This document shows positions 51,221 to 62,892 of a stretch of 64,000 nucleotides of DNA, piece after piece. The translations under genes were made by a program, and so were the position numbers. This DNA is from Phyllobates terribilis. Lineage: Eukaryota. The first letter of the stretch is position 1; every line of letters starts with the position of its first letter. The notes under the pieces are model-generated. The model did no database searches, was not told where the DNA came from, and was given only the letters and a program-made list of their open reading frames with translations. The stretch is taken from contig NW_027362767.1 in the NCBI RefSeq assembly GCF_046119375.1, forward strand, positions 134,974,001-135,038,000, written 5' to 3'.

Positions 51221-53407
51221 TCCCTGGTCGTGTAAGCTCCCCAAGCAAGGCCCAGGCTTTCAGGCCTACACTGGGAAGAAACTCCGAAGTTCTTTCTAAT
51301 GTGGATGCAAATCCCAAAGTGACTTCTGAGGAAAAGAGAGCTCCGAATGGAAGTAACAGCCGCAACAAGAAAGATGAAGTTGTGAAAGTGAGTAAAGTAA
51401 AGGAAGAAGGAAAAGCCATGGTCGTATGTAAGAAGGTCTCAGTAAAGCAGCCGGCCAGCCAAGGCAAGCAGAGTGAAGTGCAATTAGGAAAGGTCCAGAA
51501 GGAATCTACTGCTGAGAAGCTGCATGGAGGAAAGCAGCTTGTTGGCCAGGAGGTGAGGCAGATCCCATCACCGGCCTCAGGTGTGCAGCTTACTCCAGGC
51601 AGGCAGAGGAGAACATCACTGGGGAGACAGACCCTCCAGGAGAACCTGCAGCAGAAGACACGTATGGCATGCTCTGGAGACACAGGGTCGCAGTCAGGAG
51701 GCAGCAGTAAAAGTGCTGTGGAGCCTGGAGCCACAAAACCAACGGTGGTAAAAACCAAGGAGAAAATTGAGTCCAAGCAGCCAGAGACATCGCTGAAGGC
51801 AAGACCTCAAAAGGAGACTCCATGTGTACCTGAGCTGCAGCTCGCAGAGGAAATCCCAGGACTGGTCAAGAAGTTTGGTGAGTTAGAACAGCAGAAACAC
51901 CTACTACAGGTTGAAATAGACAGTACAGTATATAAAAAGTAAAGGATGATGATCCCGGGGATCACATCATGTGTGACCAGAGGCTGAACTCAATGGGTGT
52001 AGTGCTGGCCAATGCGGTTAGGTACATGGACTGCATCCTAGAGAGGCTGGGACCCCTGGCAGAGACTTATAGGAAACAAGAACAGTTTATGTTGTACAAG
52101 CAGAACTCTGGTGATTCCAGGTCAGACATTGTCCCAGGTGGGCCCCAGAAGCAAGTACGGCCAGTGCTGCAACCCGCAAGCTTCTGCTTCCAAAAGGGGC
52201 AAATATTGCACCTGCAGCCGCAACAGCCTGCAGCAGATCCCAAAAAGGAGCATGGAGTGCAGAGTCCAATAGAGGTATCACAAGTCCCAGGATGCCCAGC
52301 ACAACAGCTGGGCAGTGAACTTGTGTCATTATTTTCTGATGGTGCCCCGCAGGGCTCTGATGCTGGGGATAACCGTACTGTATCTGAAGGGTCAGGGGCT
52401 GGAGGGACCACAGAATCTGTGGTGGACGTTGCACAGTCTGATAATAGCATTGATGTGGATGATAACAATGTGCATAATAATGTCTGTGATTTTCCCCCTT
52501 TCATTCCAAGCACACAAGGTGTGAAAGGTCCCCCTGAAGCAGACCTTCACCCCGTCAGCCAGCCCAGTGTGACCCAGCAAGTTTCCCACAGTAATGCCTG
52601 GAGCCGTGGTGCCCTGTCTTTTACCTTTGGCATCAATTATACTGGCCAGGCATTTAAACGGAGGAACGTGGTGCAATTCAGGCACAGAGGTGCCAAGGAG
52701 GAGCTGCTGGACAGGAGGTTTGTGGTCAGGGAGCTCCTGTGCCACCAGATTGGGTTTCTGCCAGTTAACATCTTGGCATTAATTAATTTACCAGACAGGC
52801 AGGGCTCTGATGTCGGCTTTAAGCTCATGTCTGATCTGGACAGATTCTGGGCCAATTTCCCCAAGTTTAGAGACGCTGAAGGCTGGAGTAAGCTCAGCTT
52901 TATTCCTATCTTAAAAGTCTGATACTGTGACTGTTAATTTCATCTTCTGGAATAAGTCTGTTCCCCCCCCGCAGGATATTGTGGTGTGGCTCCGAAGGCA
53001 TTGTGACCTTGTCTCTGACTTCACCAAAAGCAGAGACAACGATGGTATCTGGACGGGAGGGTGGAAGGTCCTGGTGAAGCTGCGCCAGTGTAATAACATC
53101 ACTGTTTACTTACCCAACTCCTTCATTGGGAGGGAAAAGGGTGTATATTTCTATCCTGGCCAGCCAAGAAAGTGCTTTGAATGTGGCAAGGCGGGTCACC
53201 TGGCGAATACCTGTACAGTGGTGAAGTGCAGCCTGTGCGGGGAAGTCGGCCATGTAGCTGCAGACTGCCTGAACATCAGATGCAACCTCTGTGGTAAGAT
53301 CGGCCACCCTCACCGGGACTGTCCAGATGCCTGGCACAACATCTGTAAGGACTTTCCTGATGAGAATTCGGTGGCGGGGGCAGAGATTCTGGAGGAATCC
53401 AACTGGA
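51221..53407 (+). mobile_element. Tx1-clade non-LTR retrotransposon ORF1 pseudogene (no ORF2 attached)
   Basis: Three frameshifted segments (51301-51942, 51969-52922, 52927-53430); RRNVVQFR..DRRFVVRELL; three CCHC knuckles CFECGKAGHLANTC, CSLCGEVGHVAADC, CNLCGKIGHPHRDC. Confidence 0.88.
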
Positions 53408-53574
53408 GTATTTTCTATTCACACCAATAAAGAAGAGTTGGATTTTCATGGCGCTGGATTTTTCTTTCTTTACTATAATAGTGCCCCTATGTACCAGAAT
53501 AAAACTACTATAATACTGATTATATGTACCAGAATATTTCCCCCCATATACAGGAATATAACTACTTGCCCCTA

Positions 53575-54720
53575 CAGTAGTGTTCAAAATAATAGCAGTC
53601 CAATATGACTAATTAGATTAATCAATGTTTTTGGTATAAATTCTATGACCACATGTCAAACAATTTACCAGTTGGTACAGTAGATTCTAAAAAAAACACC
53701 AGACTCCGCATTCATGATCTGCATTGTTTTTATGTTTTTGAGTCTGTGTATTCGAATAATTAATTGAAAGGGGGCAAGTTCAAAATAATAGCAATATGGA
53801 GTTCAATTAGTGAGGACAATCATTCTGTGATAAGGGTGAAGTCAGCACATGTTGTACTTGCATTTCTCCTTGAAAGCCTGAAAAATATGGGTCGTTTGAG
53901 ACATTGTTCAGAAGAACAGCGTACTTTGATTAAAAAGTTGATTGGAGAGGGCAAAACTTATATAGAAGTGCCGACAATGATAGGCTGTTCAGCTAAAATG
54001 ATGTCCAATGCTTTAAAATGGAAAGCAAAACCAGAGAGACGTGGAACAAAATGGAAGACTACCATTCAAATGGATCGAAGAATAGCCAGAATGGCTGAAG
54101 ACAGTGAAGCATGGTGGTGCAAGCATCATGATATGGGCATGTTTCTCTTACTATGGTGCCGGTCCTATTTACCACATACCAGGGATCATGGACCAGTTTG
54201 CATATATAAAAATACTTGAAGAGGTCATGTTGCCTTACGCTGAAGAGGATATGCCCTTGAAATGGGTGTTTCAACAAGACAACGACCCTAAACACACCAG
54301 TAAATAAGAAAAATCTAGCTTCCAGTCCAACAAAATGGAGGTTATGGAGTGTTCAGCCCAATCCCCGGACCTTAATCCAATAGAACACTTGTGGGGTGAC
54401 ATCAAAAATGCCGTTTCTGAGGCAAAGCCAACAAATGCCGAAAAATTGTGGGATGTAGTCAAAGCATCCTGGGCTGGAATAACAGGTGACAGGTGGCAGA
54501 AGTTGGTTGACTCTATGCAACATAGATGTGAAGCAGTTCTAAAAAAATGTGGATATACAACTAAATATTAGGTTAGTGATTCAAAGTGATTCTATATCCT
54601 CCAAAAAAAAGAGAGAGGACATATTGTGAGTTCTTAAAGACAAATGCAGACACTGCTATTTTTTAAGAACAGCCCAATGTTCATTTTTTGTTATTTTCTG
54701 TAAAGAAGTTATATACATAT
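53575..54720 (+). mobile_element. Internally deleted Tc1 remnant
   Basis: TA|CAGTAGTGTTCAAAATAATAGCAG left TIR; MGRLRHCSEEQRTLIKKL, TVKHGGASIMIWACF, FQQDNDPKHTS, SAQSPDLNPIEHLW; deletion near 54100, stop near 54304; right end degraded. Confidence 0.9.
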
Positions 54721-54964
54721 ATATCTTTACTCTGTTCTGTCATCATGGAGATAAGATATGAAGCTGACACAATGTGAAGAGTATAATCTGATAGGAGACG
54801 ACAATCACAGACAATTTCTCCAATGATGCAGGAGATGGGAGCAGCGGCGACACGACGGGTACAGGCGATAGTGATCACTGCCCCCAGGCAGCAGCAGAGA
54901 GGAGAGACAAAGAGGCAGAGACGTCATCATCTGCTGTATGTAAACAGATGAGCATAAATACACG

Positions 54965-55170
54965 CGAGAGGATTAGATACGGTAGGCAGTATCACACTTG
55001 ATAGGATTAGATACAGCAGGTAGTATCACACTCAATAGGATTAGATACAGCAGGCAGTATCGCACAGAATAGGATTAGATACAGCAGGCGGTATTACACA
55101 CAACAGGAATAGATACGGTAGGCAGTATCAAACTCGATAGGATTGGATACAGCAGACAATATTACACATT
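54965..55170. repeat. Short degenerate array related to the 41-bp family (GGATTAGATACAGCAGGCAGTATCACAC) upstream of CART-B
   Basis: About 6 units visible; an inverse fragment of the same family lies at 45780-45840. Confidence 0.8.
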
Positions 55171-55340
55171 CCCGGGTTGGATACGGTGTGGGTACATTTA
55201 TCCCAGGAGGTGGGCTGTGTAGAGAAGGAGACGTTTCTGGAGGATTATCCCCCGTGCTCGCTGTCATTATCACATTAAAGCACTGGTATAATCTCCACTG
55301 CTGGGCAGAGGACTGGTCAGTGTTTGCCCGGTGTCTAGGA

Positions 55341-58300
55341 ATGAGGCTGGTGATGGCTGACCGCTGCCCACTGCTCCCTCTCTCTTTGTGCCTTATCCTT
55401 GTCTTGACCATGTCACTGATGGAGGCGACATCTGCAGAGGCGGCAGACAGCAACAGAGACGTCCAGGGGGTGAACGAGAAGGAACTGGTGAGTCCCTGTC
55501 ACTCCAGATCTCATCTCCCCCCAACCACTGTAGATCAGAGCCTGTCCCAGCACCAGTCACAGAGCCTGAACAGTATCTGTCCTAGGTCTCATCCAAGTAC
55601 CACTCCTAGAACCTACCTAAGACCAGTCACAGAACTTGTCCCAGGTCCCATCCAAGAACCAGTTCCAGAGCTTTTCCCAACACCAGTCCAGCACCAGTTT
55701 CAGAGCTCGTCCCAGTAACAGAGCTCGTCCTAGCACCAGTCACAGAACTCGTCCCAGAGCTCGTCGCACCACTAGAGCACCAGTTTCAGAGCTTGTCCCA
55801 GCACCAGTCTCGGAGCTTGTCCTAGTAATAGAGCTCATCCCAGCACTAGAGCACTAGTCTCAGAGATTGTCCCAGCACCAGTTTCAGAGCTTGTCCTAGT
55901 AACAGAGCTCGTCCCAGCACCAGTCTCAGAGCTTGTCCCAGTAACAGAGCTCATCCCAGCACCAGTCTCGGAGCTTGTCCAAGTAACAGAGCTCGTCCCA
56001 GCACCAGTCTCGGAGCTTGTCCAAGTAACAGAGCTCGTCCCAGCACCAGTCTCGGAGCTCGTCCTAGTAACAGAGCTCGTCCCAGCACTAGAGCTCTCGT
56101 CTAAGAGATTGTCCCAGCACCAGTTTCAGAGCTTGTTCTAGTAACAGAGCTCATCCCAGCACCAGTCTCAGAGCTTGTCCTAGTAATAGAGCTCATCCCA
56201 GCATCAGTCTCAGAGCTTGTCCTAGTAATAGAGCTCATCCCAGCACTAGAGCACTAGTCTCAGAGATTGTCCCAGCACCAGTCTCGGAGCTTGTCCTAGT
56301 AACAGAGCTCATCCCAGCACTAGAGCACTAGTCTCAGAGATTGTCCCAGCACCAGTCTCGGAGCTTGTCCTAGTAACAGAGCTCGTCCCAGCACCAGTCT
56401 CACAGCTTGTCCCAGTAACAGAGCTCATCCCAGCACCAGTCTCAGAGCTTGTCCCAGTAACAGAGCTCATCCCAGCACCAGTCTCAGAGCTTGTCCCAGT
56501 AACAGAGCTCATCCCAGCACCAGTCTCAGAGCTTGTCCCAGTAACAGAGCTCATCCCAGCACCAGTTTCAGAGCTTGTCCTAGTAACAGAGCTCGTCCCA
56601 GCACCAGTCTCAGAGCTTGTCCTAGTAACAGAGTTCATCCCAGCACCAGTTTCAGAGCTTGTCCTAGTAACAGAGCTCGTCCCAGCACCAGTCTCAGAGC
56701 TTGTCCTAGTAACAGAGCTCGTCCCAGCACCAGTCTCAGAGCTTGTCCTAGTAACAGAGCTCATCCCAGCACCAGTTTCAGAGCTTGTCCTAGTAACAGA
56801 GCTCGTCCCAGCACTAGAGCTCTCGTCTAAGAGATTGTCCCAGCACCAGTTTCAGAGCTTGTTCTAGTAACAGAGCTCATCCCAGCACCAGTCTCAGAGC
56901 TTGTCCTAGTAATAGAGCTCATCCCAGCACCAGTCTCAGAGCTTGTCCTAGTAATAGAGCTCATCCCAGCACTAGAGCACTAGTCTCAGAGATTGTCCCA
57001 GCACCAGTCTCGGAGCTTGTCCTAGTAACAGAGCTCATCCCAGCACTAGAGCACTAGTCTCAGAGATTGTCCCAGCACCAGTCTCGGAGCTTGTCCTAGT
57101 AACAGAGCTCGTCCCAGCACCAGTCTCAGAGCTTGTCCCAGTAACAGAGCTCATCCCAGCACCAGTCTCAGAGCTTGTCCCAGTAACAGAGCTCATCCCA
57201 GCACCAGTCTCAGAGCTTGTCCCAGTAACAGAGCTCATCCCAGCACCAGTTTCAGAGCTTGTCCTAGTAACAGAGCTCGTCCCAGCACCAGTCTCAGAGC
57301 TTGTCCTAGTAACAGAGCTCATCCCAGCACCAGTTTCAGAGCTTGTCCTAGTAACAGAGCTCGTCCCAGCACCAGTCTCAGAGCTTGTCCTAGTAACAGA
57401 GCTCATCCCAGCACCAGTTTCAGAGCTTGTCCTAGTAACAGAGCTCATCCCAGCACCAGTTTCAGAGCTTGTCCTAGTAACAGAGCTCGTCCCAGCACCA
57501 GTCTCAGAGCTTGTCCTAGTAACAGAGCTCATCCCAGCACCAGTCTCGGAGCTTGTCCTAGTAACAGAGCTCATCCCAGCACTAGAGCACTAGTCTCAGA
57601 GATTGTCCCAGTAACAGAGCTCATCCCAGCACCAGTCTCAGAGCTTGTCCCAGTAACAGAGCTCATCCCAGCACCAGTCTCAGAGCTTGTCCCAGTAACA
57701 GAGCTCATCCCAGCACCAGTCTCAGAGCTTGTCCTAGTAACAGAGATCATCCCAGCACTAGAGCACTAGTCTCAGAGATTGTCCCAGCACCATAGCTCGT
57801 CCCAGCATGAGTCTCAGAGATCTGACCAGCAAAAGTCCCAGAACCTGTCCCAACACCAGTCCCAGAGCTTATCCCAGCACCCGAGCTTGTCCCAGCAGCA
57901 GTGCTTGTCCCAGTACCAGTCCCCAGCTTGCACAGCATCAGTCACAAACTGCACAGCACCAGTCCCAGACCTTGTCACAGCACCAATCTCATTGATTGTC
58001 CCAGTAACAGAGCTCATCCCAGCACCAGTCCCAGAAATTATTCCAGCGTGTCTCAGCACTTGTCGTAGCAACAGTCCCACAACCTGCCCAGCATCCGTAA
58101 CAGAAAGTGCACAGCACTAGTCCCAGGCCTTGTCCCAGCGCAAGTCCCAGAGCACGTTGTAGCACCAGTCCTAGAGCTTGTCCCAGCACCAGAGCTTGTT
58201 CCAGTCCTAATCTTAGAGCTTGCCCCAGCACCAGTCCCACAGCCTGCCCACCATCAGTCACAGAAACTGCACTGCACCAGTCTCAGAGTTCTTCCTAGCA

Positions 58301-59341
58301 CCAGTGCCAGAGCCTGCCCAGTCCCAGGTCTGATACAAGCACCAGTGACAGAGCCTGACCAACGCCAGTCCCATAGCCTGGCCAGGGCCAGTAACAGATC
58401 CTGCCCAGTGTAACAGAGCTTGTCCCAGCACGGGTCTCAGAGCTCGTCCCAGCACGGGTCTCAGAGCTCGTCCCAGCACGGGTCTCAGAGCTCGTCCCAG
58501 CACGGGTCTCAGAGCTCGTCCCAGCACGGGTCTCAGAGCTCGTCCCAGCACGGGTCTCAGAGCTCGTCCCAGCACGGGTCTCAGAGCTCGTCCCAGCACG
58601 GGTCTCAGAGCTCGTCCCAGCAAGGGTCTCAGAGCTCGTCCCAGCACGGGTCTCAGAGCTTGCCCAGTCCCAGGGCCGATCTAAGCACCAGTGACAGAGC
58701 CTGACCAACACTAGTCCCAGAGCCTGCCCAGTACCAGTAAGAGAGCCTGCCCATTACCAGTAACAGAGCCTGCCCAGTACCAGTAACAGTGGCTGCCCAT
58801 TACCAGTACCAATGCTCTTCACTGTACCAATCGCACAGCCCATCCCAGCAATCACCCAGCCTGTCCCCGCAGCAGTCCCTGCACTGCTCCAGCAGGGCTT
58901 TCCTATGATAATGTATTGGCTGCAAGGCTCTGTAGTAGTCATGGACATGTACGATGCACCTTGCTGACTGTTTCCACTGTTACAGCTTCTGGAGCTACAA
59001 GACGTTCTGTACAAACTGCAATCCAAGCGGAGTTCGTTCTGGGAGAGCAAATATATTCAGCTACCCAAGGTAAGCATCACCATACAAAGCGAGGAGGGGG
59101 GGTGTCATAGCAGCACTGAGTATTTTAGATTAGTGTGCTCATCTTATTATCTAATTGTATAGTGGCATGGGGCAGAATGCTAGAAGCACAAGAGTATTTA
59201 AGTGAACCTTTCTCTTATTATTTCATTTCTCAGTGCATTATGGGAGATGCCTGTGCGGTGAAGCGAGGAGCACGGATAGGAAAGCTGTGCGACTGCCCCC
59301 AGCGTAGCACCTGCAGCTACTTCTTCATGAGATGTCTCTGA
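55341..59341 (+). CDS. CART prepropeptide paralog B (112 aa)
   Basis: Exons 55341-55487, 58986-59069, 59234-59341 (GT-AG, phase 0). Signal peptide [83 protein letters not shown] parallels human [54 protein letters not shown]. Alternative start at 55353; TATAAT at 55287. Confidence 0.95.
55690..58800. repeat. 42-bp minisatellite CCAGCACCAGTCTCAGAGCTTGTCCTAGTAACAGAGCTCATC filling CART-B intron 1, with a homogeneous 24-bp sub-array at ~58422-58660
   Basis: Direct reading; 42 = 24 + 18 subunits; a ~720-bp block is duplicated (56075/56800). Confidence 0.95.
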
Positions 59342-59679
59342 GGCGCCCCCTCTGCTCACAGCAAGGACTCACGTCTTCCGAGAAGACTTGTGGAGAGCCG
59401 CGACCTGACGCCAAGGGCAGCGTTACCGCTTATCTCACGCCGCTCCGCTTATCCGCGGCTGCACTGACTATTTCTCATTACACAGAATGACCTACAGGTG
59501 ATTACGGTGCAATCATCTCTCCCCGGGACCTGTATATAATCCCCTGCCATGTACGAGATTATCCACAGACCCCCAACCCCAGCACCGAGGGAAGGAATAC
59601 AATATTTTATATATAATTATCTTGTGTCTGACTCCATCTTATCAGTCATCACAACATCCGAGGATCGGTCCCTGCTCCA

Positions 59680-61212
59680 GAGCTGCGCTCACTATTCTGC
59701 TGGCGTGTCACTGTGTACATACATTACATTACTGATCCTGTACTGATCCTGAGTTACATCCTGTAGTATACTCCAGAGCTGCACTCACTATTCTGCTGGC
59801 GTGTCTCTGTGTACATACATTACATTACTGATCCTGTACTGATCCTGAGTTACATCCTGTATTATACTCCAGAGCTGCACTCACTATTCTGCTGGTGCAG
59901 TCACTGTGTACATACATTACATTACTTATCCTGTACTGATCCTGAGTTACATCCTGTATTATACTACAGAGCTACATTCACTATTCTGCTGGTGCAGTCA
60001 CTGTATACATACATTACTATCCTGTACTGATCCTGAGTTACATCCTGCATTATACTACAGAGCTACATTCACTATTCTGCTGGTGCAGTCACTGTGTACA
60101 TACATTACTATCCTGTACTGATCCTGAGTTACATCATGTATTACACTCCAGAGCTGCACTCACTATTCTGCTGGTGCAGTCACTGTGTACATACATTACA
60201 TTACTGATCCTGAGTTACACCCTGTATTATACTACAGAGCTACATTCACTATTCTGCTGGTGCAGTCACTGTATACATACATTACTATCCTGTACTGATC
60301 CTGAGTTACATCCTGCATTATACTACAGAGCTACATTCACTATTCTGCTGGTGCAGTCACTGTGTACATACATTACTATCCTGTACTGATCCTGAGTTAC
60401 ATCATGTATTACACTCCAGAGCTGCACTCACTATTCTGCTGGTGCAGTCACTGTGTACATACATTACATTACTATCCTGTACTGATCCTGAGTTACATCC
60501 TGTATTATACTCCAGAGCTGCGCTCACTATTCTGCTGGTGCAGTCACTGTGTACATACATTACTTATCCTGTACTGATCCTGAGTTACATCCTGTATTAT
60601 ACTCCAGAGCTGCGCTCACTATTCTGCTGGTGCAGTCACTGTGTACATACATTACTATCCTGTACTGATCCTGAGTTACATCCTGTATTATACTACAGAG
60701 CTGAACTCACTATTCTGCTGGTGCAGTCACTATGTACAAACATTAGATGACTTAACCTGTATTATACTCCAGAGCAGCACTCATTATTCAGCTGGTGGAG
60801 TCACTGTGTACATACGGTACATCACTTATCCTGTATTATACCCCACAGCTGCCTTAATTACTTATCCCGCACTGATCCTGAGTTACATCCTGTATTATGT
60901 TCCAGAGCTGCACTCACTATTCTGCTGGTGGATTCACTGTGTGCATACATTACATTACTGATCCTGTACTGATCCTAAATTACATTCTGTATTATACTAC
61001 AGAGCTGCACTCGCTATTCATTCACTGTGTACATACATTACTGATCCTGTACTGATCCAGCGTTACATCCTGCATTATACTCCAGAGCTGCACTCACTAT
61101 TCTGCTGGTGCAGTCACTGTGTACATCATTAATTATCCTGTACTGATCCTGAGTTACATCCTGTATTATCCTCCAGTGCTACACTCGCTATTCTGCTTGT
61201 GCAGTCACTGTG
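59680..61212. repeat. 91-97-bp minisatellite (CTGATCCTGAGTTACATCCTGTATTATACTCCAGAGCTGCACTCACTATTCTGCTGGTGCAGTCACTGTGTACATACATTAC...), ~16 copies
   Basis: Direct reading; units start at 59881, 59978, 60069. Confidence 0.95.
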
Positions 61213-61630
61213 CGTCCATGTGTGATACCTAACCACTGTGCTAAGTAAAAATAAGATGCAGCGGTCCCGACCACCCAGGTCTCTGAATGCTCCATAGGCG
61301 CATTCCGCATAAAAGAATTCGGGCAATTGGAACAAGCCAATGGAGATGCCCACCCTGTTGTACACCTCTTGTTAAAGGGACAATGAAGCAGGAAGTGGTG
61401 CATGCTTTCCAGCACGGTACCACAATGCTCCCAAGAACAGTTCCTGTCCTCAGAGCGCCTACACTTCAGATTGTGCCTCACACAGTTTTTCATGGAAGCT
61501 GCGCCAAGCCAAGTCCCAAAACCTTCAGGAGATCCTAATAGAATTCAAAAGATGCAGACACACCCCAAGACTTGGGCAATCCCTGAGCACCAGCGGCTTC
61601 TGAAAATGGGTCAACAGAACCCTTTTGTGA

Positions 61631-62488
61631 GGCTATGTGCCCACGATGCGTTTTTTAAGCATTTCCGCAACAGCAAAAATGCTGCAGAAACGCTCAAAAA
61701 ACGCATGGTAGAAGGTCTGCCATTGTCCCCAATGATAATCCGCATGTGCTGTGCACATGCTTCAGAAATTTACGCTGCGGGTTATCATTGTGGAAAAAAA
61801 ACGCAGCACTACCAATTATTTTGCGGAAGCGCTGCGTTTTCGCCGCCATTAACTTGCATTGAAACACATGGATTCCGCATCACTGCATATGTAGATGCGC
61901 ATTCCATGCGTTTCAATGTGCAGATGGTACCCGGGTCTGGGAGGCCAGGAGACTCTCCTCCGGACCCGGGTATCATAGAACCTGTAAAAAAAAAGAATAA
62001 AATAAAAAATAAATCATTTTTACCTTCTGATGGCCCCAGCTGCGCTTGTCTTCCCTTGCCAGCAGCTCGCGATGGACTGAAGGACCTGCGCTGAAGTCAT
62101 AGTCACGTGACGGCCGGTCCTTCAGCGTACCGTGATCTGCCGGCAAGGGAGGACGGAGCGAAGCAAGACTCCGGGGGCCATCGGAAGGTAAGTATAGATT
62201 TATTTTTTTATTTTTATACATTCTTTAAGGTCACAGTATATAAATCCATGCAGTTTGCATGGATTTATATAGTGTGACCAAGTTGACAAGCACGTTCCAA
62301 GTGATGCTACAATCGTTTGGAAAGAGCTTGACAACCCGCATGCGGAAATGCAAGTGAAGACCGCTTCACATCCGCTTGTCCCTGGCAGGAAAAACGCATG
62401 TACAATCCGCATGCGTTTTTTCTGCCAGGGAGATGCAGAAACGCTCAGGAAAAAATCCTGAGCATTTCTGCATCATGGGCACATAGCC
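61631..62488 (+). mobile_element. PIF/Harbinger-like non-autonomous element, long form (858 bp), exact TGA TSD
   Basis: TGA|GGCTATGTGCCCACGATGC ... GCATCATGGGCACATAGCC|TGA. Confidence 0.92.
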
Positions 62489-62707
62489 TGAAGGAGTTTA
62501 CTTGGTAGAGTCCTGATCTCCCACATTCCTAGACCCCACCTACGAATTACCTTCAGAACCAGGGCAGTGTAAGCCGGAAGATATCCATGCAGTGTGCGAA
62601 GATCCTTCACTTGCCCTCCTGTCTCTCATTCCTGGAAGAAAGGTTTGAGCTATCCCCTGCAGGTGAATACCCACAGAGGAGCTCTCTCTTTCCAGAGGTT
62701 TGCAATA

Positions 62708-62892
62708 CTGTATCCTCACCCATCCCTTGTAGACTGTGAGCCCTTGTGGGCAGGGTCCTCGCTCCTCCTGTACCAGTCGCCGTCACGTTTTGTTAAAGAT
62801 CATTGTAATTGTTTTTGTATGTATACCCCTTTTTTCACATGTAAAGCACCATGAAATAAATGGCGCTCTAATAATATAGAATAATAATAATA
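62708..62892 (+). mobile_element. L2-clade LINE 3' tail
   Basis: CTTGTAGACTGTGAGCCCTTGTGGGCAGGG, TGTAAAGCACCATG..ATAAATGGCGCT and (AAT)n tail; inserted at AATA in Tx1 ORF2. Confidence 0.8.

Noticed and set aside
50958-51776. 272-aa minus-strand ORF
   Set aside because: Antisense of Tx1 ORF1 fused to a satellite translation.
52927-53430. Host ZCCHC3/CNBP-like gene
   Set aside because: Intronless, frameshifted, and has Tx1 ORF1 architecture embedded in a satellite.
55143-55718. 191-aa ORF as the CART-B protein or an intron-retention product
   Set aside because: It runs through a consensus donor (CTG|GTGAGT) into intronic repeat; the spliced model gives a canonical CART.
56309-58711. Mucin-like S/T-rich ORFs (TSSETGAG..., SQSSSQHG...)
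   Set aside because: Translations of the 42- and 24-bp intronic repeats, with no signal peptide or splice support.
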